Shown here piece after piece: positions 35,816-46,351 of a stretch of 64,000 bases of DNA. Under the pieces are notes generated by a model. It searched no databases, had not been told where the DNA came from, and saw only the letters and a list, made by a program, of their open reading frames with translations. The stretch lies in assembly GCA_001600815.1 (NCBI GenBank), contig BCKZ01000024.1, positions 1 through 64,000 on the forward strand. The letters are read 5' to 3'. Positions within the stretch are counted from its first letter, which is position 1. The number at the start of each line of letters is the position of its first letter. The DNA is from Alloascoidea hylecoeti (lineage: Eukaryota). The position numbers were made by a program, and so were the translations under genes.

Positions 35816-37183
35816 CTAACATGAAGCACCGGATCCACTTGGGATTCCAGAACAAGTAACAGATTTTTCACCACCAGTAATTGAAATATCAGACCAAGAC
35901 CAATCAGAGGCATTTTCAACAAGGATATAAACATCTGCTCCGGTACTTTGGACAGTACCGGTAACATCTTTAATGGTTAAGTCTGTTACAGGGACACCGC
36001 CAGTTGCAGTACCTGTTGGACCTGAATTTTTGTAATCTCCTTGGACAGCAATACCATAAGTGGTGGCATTAGTAATGGTAATTCCACTATAATTAATGTT
36101 ATTAACACTACCTGTAGCATCGACAACAGTTTTGATTCTAATACCATTGGCAGAGTTGACAACTTCGCAGTCTGAAACTGTAACTGTATCAACAACATTA
36201 TCACTATTACCACCTACGGCGATCGAAATTCCATGACCACCAGAGCAATAATTATTCGAGAAGGTGATGTTAGTGCCTGAATTTATGGCCAGACAATCGT
36301 CTTGATTATAAACCTTACAACTATCAATAGTAATGTTGTTTGAAGAACCAATATCAAATCCATCTGTATTGTGTCCACCATTCGTAACATCACCATCGGT
36401 ATCGTCTATAGTTAGTCCCTTGAATGTAACTCCGTCTGAATTGTTAATGGAGAATATATGTCTTGGAGAGTTCTTGATATTTAAACCGCTAAGAAGAGAA
36501 TTATACATTTTGTAGGTATAAATCATTAATGGTTTCGTTACACCACCGTTACTTCCTAACCCATCCCACCAGGCCTCACCATTACCGTCGATAACATGGT
36601 CACTAGTACCAGTTATAGTTACATCAGTACCTCCAATATAAATTAAAGGGCCATCCCACTCACTATACTCAAAGGTGGTCGTTCCATCAAAAGTAACTGT
36701 AGTACCATCCTGTAGATCAAGCATATCTAAGGTCGTCCCTGCTGGTACGGTTAAATCTTTAATGACAATATTAGTGCATGATGATATAATGGTTGGAAGA
36801 TCAGTTATAGAACTACCCGTCAGAGTACATGACGAATCTGCGGTCGCTGAGCTAGAGGTACTTGTAGATGTAGTAGTTGTACCAGTTGCAACAGCGTCTT
36901 GCTTGACACTTGAAGTAGCAGCAGCCACATCTGAGGTGGCACTAGTAATACCAGTTGCAACAGAATTTTGATTGACAGTTGAAGTAGCAGCTGCCACATA
37001 CGAAGTAGAACTAGATTTAGAAGAATAGCCAGGAAATGCATGAAATCTCCCATTTCCAAACGAATCTCTTCTAACTAAGTTCTCTTCGACCTTCTTTCCA
37101 TTTATAGCAGCAGCATTTATAAGTTGTAGATAGCTTAGGATGAAACTGGCAAAATAAACATTTCTATAGGAGGTAATTTTCAT
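35816..37183 (-). CDS. PGU1: Secreted GH28 endopolygalacturonase with S/T-rich N-terminal extension
   Basis: Signal peptide, dibasic RR site, HNTDGFD, NQDDC, GGHG and RIK catalytic motifs. Confidence 0.93.
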   Translation of the reverse strand: MKITSYRNVYFASFILSYLQLINAAAINGKKVEENLVRRDSFGNGRFHAFPGYSSKSSSTSYVAAATSTVNQNSVATGITSATSDVAAATSSVKQDAVATGTTTTSTSTSSSATADSSCTLTGSSITDLPTIISSCTNIVIKDLTVPAGTTLDMLDLQDGTTVTFDGTTTFEYSEWDGPLIYIGGTDVTITGTSDHVIDGNGEAWWDGLGSNGGVTKPLMIYTYKMYNSLLSGLNIKNSPRHIFSINNSDGVTFKGLTIDDTDGDVTNGGHNTDGFDIGSSNNITIDSCKVYNQDDCLAINSGTNITFSNNYCSGGHGISIAVGGNSDNVVDTVTVSDCEVVNSANGIRIKTVVDATGSVNNINYSGITITNATTYGIAVQGDYKNSGPTGTATGGVPVTDLTIKDVTGTVQSTGADVYILVENASDWSWSDISITGGEKSVTCSGIPSGSGASC

Positions 37184-37684
37184 TTTGTTAAGAGCAATAA
37201 AATCAAAAATATTAATAAAACAAACTGATATTGAGAGTTGTGAATTCAATTGCTTAATATTGCAATTGTGAAATTAAATAGGATCTGAGCTTCAATATAT
37301 ACCGAATCTAATACAAGGCAGTTAAACCAACAGCACTATATATTCTTAGAATAAAAGAAGGCTTGAACAATAATTACAACTTTTGTTTGTAAATATAATT
37401 TGACACCAAACTACATACAATATTATGTTATAATCATAAATTCTGAATCAGTCCAGCATAACATTATGCTGGTAAAGCTTAAACAAACTTAAATATGCTT
37501 GCATATACAACAACTACGAAAAGCTGAAGCTCATCATTTATTTATAGGGCACCAAATATTTTACATTTGTACTATGGTACTGTATTCCTATATATCTGCT
37601 ACGTTATAATTATAAATTAATATTGCCATATTGTTTCTACAATTAATTACACTTAATTTCGGCCGTGCTGATTTCAGAGTAAAC

Positions 37685-38461
37685 GGCCTCTCAATTGCTG
37701 AAATAGGTAACCCTACAACCGTGCAGTTCATAACACCTGGTAGATTTTCTGTCTGGTAGATTTTCAGTTTGTAAAATTTAAAGGCCTCCTCCAGATAAAA
37801 GAAATCAATGGAACAGAATTATATAGTCTAGATATACATGTAAATTGGCGTGGTCTCGGGAAGTTTGGTATAGTGTTCTATTTAGTGATGAGTGTTTCGG
37901 TCATTACATTATATTATTATAGGAACCGGACCGGGAAACTTATAATTATAGGCTAGACAACGGTCACTCCAGGTCTTCTATTCAGACTTGAAAATATTTT
38001 AAGATAAGTAAGTCTGGGTCTGTAAGTCTGGTATAGGCTGTAATTTGGAAAAGAGACCGTGCTTCACTGTATAAAGTGGTCGGGGTTCCTAGAAAGCCAC
38101 CGCACGTTCTTACATGAAGTCTGAAAAAGGCCTTTGAATGAAGGTCTCATATTCAAACAGAATAACACACATATTCATAAAACTGGAATCGCAACGAATT
38201 GGTTTCGTAACAATGTTATAAAGCTATTGGAGTATTATATAGTAGCCCCCTTTCCCCTTGATTTTAATCCAATTGGGCACATGTGGAATTTCTTCAAAGA
38301 AGTTCATCACCAAGCTGTAATTGTGAGTAAGAGCCTTCCACATGGTGTAGAAATAAAGAAAGAATGTGTATGTCTCTTTTAAAACATTGATACCTTATGA
38401 ATCAGGATATAAAATTGATAATCTGATTAGCTCCATGGTCCGTAGAGTGGAAGTCATCCAA
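37685..38461 (+). mobile_element. Degenerate Tc1/mariner (DDE) transposase relic A
   Basis: LAWSREVWYSVLFSDE (first D at 37887), IFKQNNTHIH (~FQQDNAPIH), PLDFNPIGHMW (~SPDLNPIENLW), IDNLISSMVRRVEVI. Contains stops and frameshifts. Confidence 0.85.
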
Positions 38462-38553
38462 ATAAAATTTCTTTACCATACTTTATTAATATTTTTCTAT
38501 TTGCCCATTAAAGATTAATTTTAAGGAAATTATTTTCCGATTTTTCTAATGGC

Positions 38554-39650
38554 CTAATCTGTTCTAGAGTTCTTCATGAAATACTGTTTCAAGCCATCCT
38601 TGAGGTGCTCTAAACTCGGGTATTTCATTTCTTCTAAATTCTTTCTATGAGTCCAGAATATATTCCATTGGCCAGGGCCATACTCCTTGTGAAATCTTGC
38701 ATAATGAACGGTAAAATCACCTACCGTATAATGAGATTCAAGATCAATTGCAATATGATTTTGATTAATTAAGTGACCTGTTGTTTTCATTGACACAAGT
38801 CCAACTTCCTTTCTAAATTTTGATGAATTAATTATCTCAACAATTGTACTCTGCTCTTTTAATCTTAAATTTTTGAAATAGTGATTGAGTATCCCATATT
38901 GAAAAGCATGCTGGGTAAATTCAGATCTTCGAAAAAAAGGTCTCACCTGTATTGAGTTCGTAATCATCTTGACTAAATATGATATCCATATTATAAATAT
39001 CTCTTCATCTTTTAATTCCGAAATTGCCAGAAATTCTTTGGATTTAATCCAATTGACTACATCAAACTTTCCGAGCGAGTTATATAACTCATTATTGTTA
39101 TTTTCAGGAACACCATATATTAGTAAAACCTAATCTCTCTTGTAAATGGTTTGAAATATGATTATCTATTCTTTGAAACTTTTGAATGCAACACATGTTT
39201 AGCAAGATCAGCCTCATAAACCGTTATAATAACATCAATATCTCTGATATATGCGTATATAGGGTACCCATTCATCATTAGGAAAGTAGTCAAATACTCT
39301 TGAATTTTATTTTACTTTATCCTTTTACTCTATCACTTGGATAGTCAACATAAATTATACCATGTATTGATGTAACCATGATAATCACCATATTCTTGTC
39401 TATTAATAAACCCGTTCGAAGATATCTGGCTGTTTACTACGTTTACCATCAGTTGATGATAAAATTGCGATTTTGGAGCCAGATGGTTCTATTTTCCTAG
39501 TTTTTGGGTCTAAATCCTCACCACTGAATTGAACAGGTACCAAGTTGCTTAAGAGATCTCTTAATGTAATCCTTCTATTCATTCTTTGAAGGCTATACTT
39601 TTGTGATGTTTCATAATCATTACCAGGTTCTTTTGCTCTTTCACTTTTTT
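38554..39650 (-). pseudogene. Decayed ORF of unknown family (about 350 codons with frameshifts and stops)
   Basis: The 137-aa ORF extends upstream through several coding-like frame segments to about 39650. Confidence 0.45.
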
Positions 39651-39856
39651 TTTTTTATTTCAGCTATTTGATTTTTCAAAAAAAAAAAAATAAGAGTTAA
39701 AAGTCTTGTTCAAACGCCATTGCTAGATTGATTAACTTTGATATCTTTAAGGATATCGGGAAGAATACAATCATATATTGGATCTTTAAAATATTGCTGC
39801 ATATGATTTAGTTAAGTTCAAAATTGATTCGTTTGAAATTGTTTGATAATTTGTAC

Positions 39857-40081
39857 TGTTGTACGTGTATTATTTGATATAATGCAACATTAGAGTTGCT
39901 ATACTAAATTGTTATACGAGAGATTGGTATACTAGAATAGCAGGCTATATAAAAATTAGATATTCCCTTTTAATAAAACTAATCGGCTATCAGCTAAAAG
40001 CTGATCAACTGCAAAATTGGTGTTAAAAGATATTTAGAAACTCGAAACTTATTATTTTGTATTGTATTAAAAGTTATAATA
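39857..40081. mobile_element. Degenerate solo LTR, inverted copy of 2605-2857
   Basis: Shares TGTATTATTTGATATAAT, GCTATACTAAATTG, TATACTAGAATAGCA and TAGATATTCCCTTTTAATAAAACT with the reverse complement of copy 1. Confidence 0.85.
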
Positions 40082-40199
40082 TGCAAGTCTAAAAAACTAA
40101 CATAAAATCTTGATTAAAAGAGCATTTCTCAAGGGATTATTATTAAATACAATATATTATGTATAGCCTAACCAATCGAAATATAATTGGAGAAGATTA

Positions 40200-40530
40200 C
40201 AGTAGTCGGTATCCCCTTCGTTTGCTTCTACAACTTGTTTGGTGGAAGTGATGCATCAGTCAAAAAGTGATTTATCTGGTTGATCTGATAACTCTACAAA
40301 CTTCTAAAAAATGCTTCTTGATCTTCTTGACACTCCCTTTATTTACTCCATTAATCATCCCTAACTTTTTGTGCTTGTGTTTTATATAAAGTTTGGGCTT
40401 GTGCCACACAGTTTTCGATGAGATTTGGCTTTGGGGTCACAGGCTATACATGTTCTAATTTTGAATTCCCTCCTTGTTGGATTTTGATATTATGATTGGA
40501 GAATTGTCCTCTTAAAGAATAATACTTTAA
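40200..40530 (-). mobile_element. Degenerate Tc1/mariner transposase relic B (C-terminal part)
   Basis: IIL*EDNSPI, *PQS/NLIEN/VWH and C-terminal KQVVEANEGDTDY (~AVIAAKGGxTKY). Confidence 0.65.
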
Positions 40531-40978
40531 AAATCTTCAATTAAAGATATTTCAACCAGTTATAGTACTTTTCTGATATATACTTCTTAATTGGGGTTTC
40601 CCTTCGTAACAGACGAATATCGCGTTTTTTCGTCTGAGTTTCTTGTAATCCTCTTATTAGGCGCCTACGATCATGCGAAGATACCTCTACAGTGCAAAAT
40701 GTTTTGTAAAGAAGCTAGACGGGTCTCCCGGCATTCTGAGGAGCGTCTACAATTCTGCCATTTTTGGATACGTATGACATGATGCGACCAAAAATAAGAG
40801 ATATTACTTTTGCTCTCTAGTCAGCCGAGTTATTTATATTTTCGTTAAATTATTAAGTTTTCGATGAGATATTCATAAATAGAGTTTATCAAATTTTATA
40901 CCATTTTCAGACCGCATTCACATAAATTTAACATGGATATTTTTTATTTCTCCTCTTCGATCTATCAAAGTAACTGGC

Positions 40979-41411
40979 ATGTTGGGCGCTACTTTGACTT
41001 TATGGTTTGATTTTGATATGTTTTTGGCATTATTGATCCTTTATGCTGTTGTTGGGGGCTTCCAGGCATTTCAGAGTGTTAAAACCGTTAAAGCTTTGAA
41101 AAACACTGGCTAGTAATGCCATTGTAATTCGTAATGGTAAGTCTGTGGAAATCGAAGCAATAAATGTTGTCCCAGGAGATATCTTAGAATTGGAAGAAGG
41201 AACTGTCATTCCAGCAGATGGTATAATTATCAGCGACAATTGTGAATTACAGGTTGATGAATCTGCAATCACTGGTGAATGATCAGCCGCTAAAATAGTT
41301 ACTGATGAAGTTGTACGCTCATCTTCTACGGTCAATAGAGGAAACTGTTTTATTGTGGTTATTGGTACTGGAGATGCTACTACTTTCAGAACAGTTGTAG
41401 ACAATGGCTAG
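40979..41411 (+). pseudogene. PMA1: Decayed fragment of a Pma1-type P-type H+-ATPase (TM2 and actuator domain)
   Basis: [12 protein letters not shown]...[19 protein letters not shown]...[12 protein letters not shown]...SSSTVNRG...VIGTGD. Stop in the TGES motif at 41280 plus frameshifts. Confidence 0.88.
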
Positions 41412-41576
41412 TGATAATATTGCCATATTTTTTTGGATCCGGGGTGTACATGTCTGAGTCTTCAGTGTAAAAACTTATAAGTTATAGCTAATAATTATTA
41501 AATTAAAGCTACTTTGATTGATGTTACAGTTATATTCTAAATCAAAAATAATAATCAATACAGTGATAATTTATAT

Positions 41577-43364
41577 TCACAAATCCACTTTATAAATATT
41601 CTTGCGGTGAGTTTCTATCAAGTCTCTACCAATCAATTTATTCCACCATTGATTAGAATAAATAACGGTTAGTTTCCATAAGTTAGCTGGGAAGTCAATG
41701 TACGATCTCAGAATGAATTTAAAAGCTTCTAATGTGTTCTGTAATTCAGCACTAAAATCATCTTTTAATTTGTCTGTTAGAGATCGGTCGTCGTCTGTTA
41801 AGCTTTCCGCCTCCTCGAATACTTCATCATCGTAATCCTCGTATTCATCATACTCTTCAGTCGAATGGTCTGATGTTCCATCCAAATTGCTAAACCGTGA
41901 TTCCTTTTCTTCATCCAATTGTGTGGCATAAATATCAGAGGTTAATTGTTTCCTGAAATTTTCGATAGAATTTATCGACTTTGATAACCGATCGAATGTA
42001 TTAATCAGCCCAACTAATTCAATACGGTTGATCGAAATCTCTTCGTCGTCTTCGAAAAGAATTTTCAAAGCTGTTCCGTAACCTAAAGTTTGAACTTTCC
42101 CCCACATTCTACATCTATCACAAGCAACACAGTCCATAATAGCACTAACATTTCTGAAGCGTAATCTGAACTCATCTTTCAATGCAACACCTTCCGAATC
42201 AGAAAACAACAAATCCTCATTAAAATGTGGTTGATTAGGTGTATCCATTTCATTGACCATTTTTAATAACTGACGACGAGTATCTTGGTCATTACCAGCA
42301 TTTTGAGAACAAAATACTATATCACCGATGTGATCTCGCAATTTTAAAATAGCTCTTGAAACCAAAGCATAATTAAAATAGATATTTGACAGTCTATCAG
42401 GAAAGTTACCAACCCTTGTCATGAAACATTTCATATTTGGCCCCCATTCTCTTGCCATGGGATCAAACCACTCATTACATAAATGTGTAGAAATGGAGGC
42501 ATGCATTCCCGATATAATTCTATAGAATACTCTTTTTTCAAGACACTGTCCAGCTTCTTCATTCATTAAATCTCGTTTCCTATCTCCAATATCTAAACCT
42601 TGTTTCATTTTTTCATTTTTACTGAAATCATCTAAAACACTTCTTAAAGGTCTTGCGGCTTCTGGTACCTGAACATTCCATTTTTCTCTAAAACAGTTTT
42701 CCTGATAAATGGCCCCCCAAACTTGAAATGATTGATTTCCTCCGTATCCAGTGAAACGCTCAGGATTATCTGGTAACGAGACATAAACACCCGGAGCTTC
42801 CAAAGAAAAATCCTCTGGTAGGCAGTAATCTTTATCTGGGTCTTCTTGAGAAGGATCCAACTCATCATCAAGACAAGACGATTCTGTGTTATCATCAAGA
42901 TCTAAAACATGGGATTCTTTAAATTGGTTCTTCTTCTTTTGATATATAGAATTATCAGCGAAATTACCGAGACTTTCATTTCTTATTGATTCCGGTAGGT
43001 CATCGATGTTTTGAACAGAACAACCTTCAGAGAAACACATACCATTATTTTCAAAAAATGGACATTCCCTTCCGTACAGGTCGACCTTAAAGTACTTAAA
43101 ATAGTCTGTATTTATAAGCTCCTTTAATAATGGCCGAACTTTCCGATTTGTTTCTTGAAGACCACCAAAAGTCTGGTCGCATGAGTCTTCTACAATTAGA
43201 GAATCCATGGAGGCGAAGTTGGGATCGCTATAAGACAGTGCTGATTCTGGCGTCACATCTACGCCTGGTGCATTGAATATGTTATCGAAATTATTAGAAG
43301 CATTTGAGATAGAGGAAAAGAATGCTAATACAGTGGCAATTGTACTAACAGATGGCGATTTCAT
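41577..43364 (-). CDS. ERO1: ER oxidoreductin
   Basis: Signal peptide; CPF...C, NPERFTGY, SGMHASISTHLC and CVACDRCRMWGK motifs. Confidence 0.96.
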   Translation of the reverse strand: MKSPSVSTIATVLAFFSSISNASNNFDNIFNAPGVDVTPESALSYSDPNFASMDSLIVEDSCDQTFGGLQETNRKVRPLLKELINTDYFKYFKVDLYGRECPFFENNGMCFSEGCSVQNIDDLPESIRNESLGNFADNSIYQKKKNQFKESHVLDLDDNTESSCLDDELDPSQEDPDKDYCLPEDFSLEAPGVYVSLPDNPERFTGYGGNQSFQVWGAIYQENCFREKWNVQVPEAARPLRSVLDDFSKNEKMKQGLDIGDRKRDLMNEEAGQCLEKRVFYRIISGMHASISTHLCNEWFDPMAREWGPNMKCFMTRVGNFPDRLSNIYFNYALVSRAILKLRDHIGDIVFCSQNAGNDQDTRRQLLKMVNEMDTPNQPHFNEDLLFSDSEGVALKDEFRLRFRNVSAIMDCVACDRCRMWGKVQTLGYGTALKILFEDDEEISINRIELVGLINTFDRLSKSINSIENFRKQLTSDIYATQLDEEKESRFSNLDGTSDHSTEEYDEYEDYDDEVFEEAESLTDDDRSLTDKLKDDFSAELQNTLEAFKFILRSYIDFPANLWKLTVIYSNQWWNKLIGRDLIETHRKNIYKVDL

Positions 43365-43718
43365 TAGAGATCGTTAATACAGTATGACTTGTAATATAAC
43401 CTGAACTTAAATATCGAAATGTAAAGAAATATATGGCTGGCTATACGTTTCAATGAACCGATTTGGTGGTGGATAGTAATGAGCTGTTGAAGAGGAGAGA
43501 AGGTTTTAGATTTGTAATATTTGAAAGGTAACGTTATGAAACTTTATACAGACTACCACAAACACGATATAGCCTTGCTTATAACTTGTGAATAATTTTG
43601 AAAAGAAGAGTCAATAAAAAAACAAAGATGAATACGAATTAACTAGAAAAAATAGAGAAAAGAAAAAGGTTTGAAGAAGCAAGGGTCTGCTTTTATATCT
43701 TTGGTTTGTAAGCTTGAA

Positions 43719-43790
43719 TGCCACGTAAAAATACGCAGATGAGTTTTTACGCCGGGTAATGCATATCTCATTGAAAAATTAAATTTTAAA
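43719..43790. promoter_or_regulatory. Divergent ERO1/DBP3 promoter: UPRE-like, PAC-like, Reb1 and RRPE motifs
   Basis: TGCCACGT near 43719, GATGAG near 43738, CCGGGTAA at 43752, TGAAAAATT near 43772. These fit a UPR target on one side and a ribosome-biogenesis gene on the other. Confidence 0.6.
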
Positions 43791-43859
43791 AATTTAAAAT
43801 TTTCGTTTTGTTAGGCTGAAAATTTATATTACCATTGATCTTACTTAATTATTACCAGA

Positions 43860-45581
43860 ATGAGCGAAGAGGAATCGAAAAAGAGAAAACTCCAACAGGA
43901 AACACAGTCTGTTGAAGACGCAACACTGATAAAGAAACAAAAGAAAGAAAAAAAGGAAAAGAAACACAAAGATAAGAAGGATAAAAAACATAAGAAAGAA
44001 AAGAAAGAGAAAAAAGAGAAACAAGAAAAAGAATTAAAACATGAAAAGAAGCATAAGAAGGACAAAAAGGACAAGAAACACAAAATAGAAGAGAGTAAGG
44101 ATTCTGTTAAACCCATTGAGGATTCCGTACCAGAACCTACATCTTCTGAACAAAAAGAACAAAAAGAACAAAAAGAACAAAAAGAACAAAAAGGACAGAA
44201 GACCTCAGAATATATAGAGTCACAGGAATTAAAATCAGTTCCACAATCCGAAATTGATAATTACCTTAAAGACAATGAGGCTACTATTGAAGATGATATT
44301 AAACCAACTCTCAGACCAATCTTGAAATTTTCTCAACTTACCTGTCTCGATTCTAAAATTTCCAGAGTTGTCTCTCAATTTCAAAAGCCAACTCCAATTC
44401 AAGCTCTTTCATGGCCGTATTTACTTATGCACAGAGATGTCATTGGTGTCGCCGAAACGGGATCTGGCAAGACTTTTGCTTTTGCGGTACCAGCTATCAA
44501 TCATGTAGTTCATCAACTTAAGAATAAAGATAGAAAAGGGAAAAAATCATCAAATGTACAGGTGCTTGTTGTTTCTCCTACTAGAGAATTGGCTATGCAA
44601 ACATTTGATAATATGAAAACTTTAACAGATGCTACAGGTTTAGTCTCAACATGTATATATGGTGGTGTTCCAAAGTATCAACAAAAATCAGATTTGAAAA
44701 TAGCTAATGCTGTTGTTGCTACTCCTGGTCGTCTATTGGATCTTATGGAAGAAGGTGCAGCAGACTTATCACAAGTCGATTATCTTGTGCTCGATGAGGC
44801 CGACAGAATGTTAGAAAAGGGATTTGAAGAAGATATAAAAAGAATCATTAAAGCGACAAAATCAGAGGGTAGACAAACATTAATGTTTACAGCCACATGG
44901 CCACCACAAGTCAGAGATTTAGCGAATTCTTTTATGAACAATCCTACTAAAGTTTCAATTGGAAATAGAGATGAATTGTCCGCCAATAAGAGAATCAAAC
45001 AAATAGTAGAAGTTGTTGATCCAAGAACAAAAGAGAATAGACTATTTCAATTACTAAAACAATATCAGTCTGGCTCCCATCAAGACGATAAAATTTTGAT
45101 TTTCGCTTTATATAAAAAGGAAGCGACTCGTATAGAACGATCTTTGCAGTATCGTGGTTATGATGTGGCAGCAGTTCATGGTGATTTATCGCAAGATCAA
45201 AGAACTAGGGCTCTTGATCGATTCAAGAAGGGCGAATGCAAATTATTATTAGCAACAGATGTTGCCGCTAGAGGTTTGGATATCCCTGCTGTTAAAGTCG
45301 TGATAAATCTGACATTTCCACTTACTGTTGAAGATTATGTTCATAGAATTGGTAGAACAGGCCGTGCTGGACAATCTGGTATTGCACATACTTTATTCAC
45401 AGAACAAGAAAAACATTTATCAGGTGCCTTATGCAATGTATTGAGAGGTGCCAACCAAGAGGTCCCCGAAGAGCTCTTAAAATTTGGAGGACATACCAAG
45501 AAAAAGGAACATTCTGTTTACGGTGCTTTCTACAAAGATGTTGACACTACTAAAAAGGCAAAGAAAATTATCTTTGATTAA
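43860..45581 (+). CDS. DBP3: DEAD-box rRNA-processing helicase
   Basis: K-rich N-terminus; [37 protein letters not shown] and [11 protein letters not shown] motifs. Confidence 0.96.
   Translation: MSEEESKKRKLQQETQSVEDATLIKKQKKEKKEKKHKDKKDKKHKKEKKEKKEKQEKELKHEKKHKKDKKDKKHKIEESKDSVKPIEDSVPEPTSSEQKEQKEQKEQKEQKGQKTSEYIESQELKSVPQSEIDNYLKDNEATIEDDIKPTLRPILKFSQLTCLDSKISRVVSQFQKPTPIQALSWPYLLMHRDVIGVAETGSGKTFAFAVPAINHVVHQLKNKDRKGKKSSNVQVLVVSPTRELAMQTFDNMKTLTDATGLVSTCIYGGVPKYQQKSDLKIANAVVATPGRLLDLMEEGAADLSQVDYLVLDEADRMLEKGFEEDIKRIIKATKSEGRQTLMFTATWPPQVRDLANSFMNNPTKVSIGNRDELSANKRIKQIVEVVDPRTKENRLFQLLKQYQSGSHQDDKILIFALYKKEATRIERSLQYRGYDVAAVHGDLSQDQRTRALDRFKKGECKLLLATDVAARGLDIPAVKVVINLTFPLTVEDYVHRIGRTGRAGQSGIAHTLFTEQEKHLSGALCNVLRGANQEVPEELLKFGGHTKKKEHSVYGAFYKDVDTTKKAKKIIFD
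44148..44183 (+). repeat. (GAACAAAAA)x4 coding minisatellite (EQK) in DBP3
   Basis: Read directly from the sequence. Confidence 0.9.
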
Positions 45582-46351
45582 TCGACCTTCTAAAAGTGAA
45601 CATTACGATAGCATTGGTGTATAGACCTTGATTGTAGACACTAAAAACTGCATGCTAGAAAATTTTATGTTTTATATGATTTTGAAGTATACATAATAAT
45701 AGATTTAAAAATATGATCATGAGGTAGCTTATGATTGGCATTGGACCTATTGGTTGAATAAAAGTTTAAAGTTAAATATAATTCTGTCGGATTTATCTTT
45801 GCAATTTCCATATATAATATTTGTATTAATATTAACTACTGATATAACTCATAAACAATTATCTTATATAATGACCTAAGCCTTTATATATATTGGCAAT
45901 CGAATCTTATTGTGGCTAATAGTATAATAGTGAAAATAACGTACGATTCAAAATATAATAATTTTTCAATTGTAACGTTATTATATTAACCAACCGTTAC
46001 GGAGTTAAATCATCAATTAAAAGAAAAGGATGATTAAGCATTAGTGTCGTTCGATCTCTTAAACTTCCTTTTCCGATCCATCTTCAGCGTATTTATATTA
46101 AGGGCCGGCAACAATATTTATTGATTGTCGTTTTATATTACATTGAAATTTCAGCTACCATCTTTTTTTCTTTTTCTCGGTTGTAACTTACCTCCCGCTC
46201 CACTTATAAGATTATAAAGGAACAGCTTTACAATTTTATATATCTAAATTTATATAGCCCGATTTGTTTTTTCACTGGTATAAGTGTCGGGTTTTTTATT
46301 CACGGTTTTGTTTAAATTGTTTTTGCTTCACAGCATTCAATACTTTTTATA

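Noticed and set aside
41030..41404. 124-aa minus-strand ORF
   Set aside because: Antisense shadow of the PMA1 fragment.
32842..41411. RIP-like mutation in the relics (apparent CGA>TGA, CAA>TAA, TGG>TAG, GAT>AAT)
   Set aside because: Few sites in mixed contexts with only inferred ancestral states; ordinary AT-biased decay explains it.
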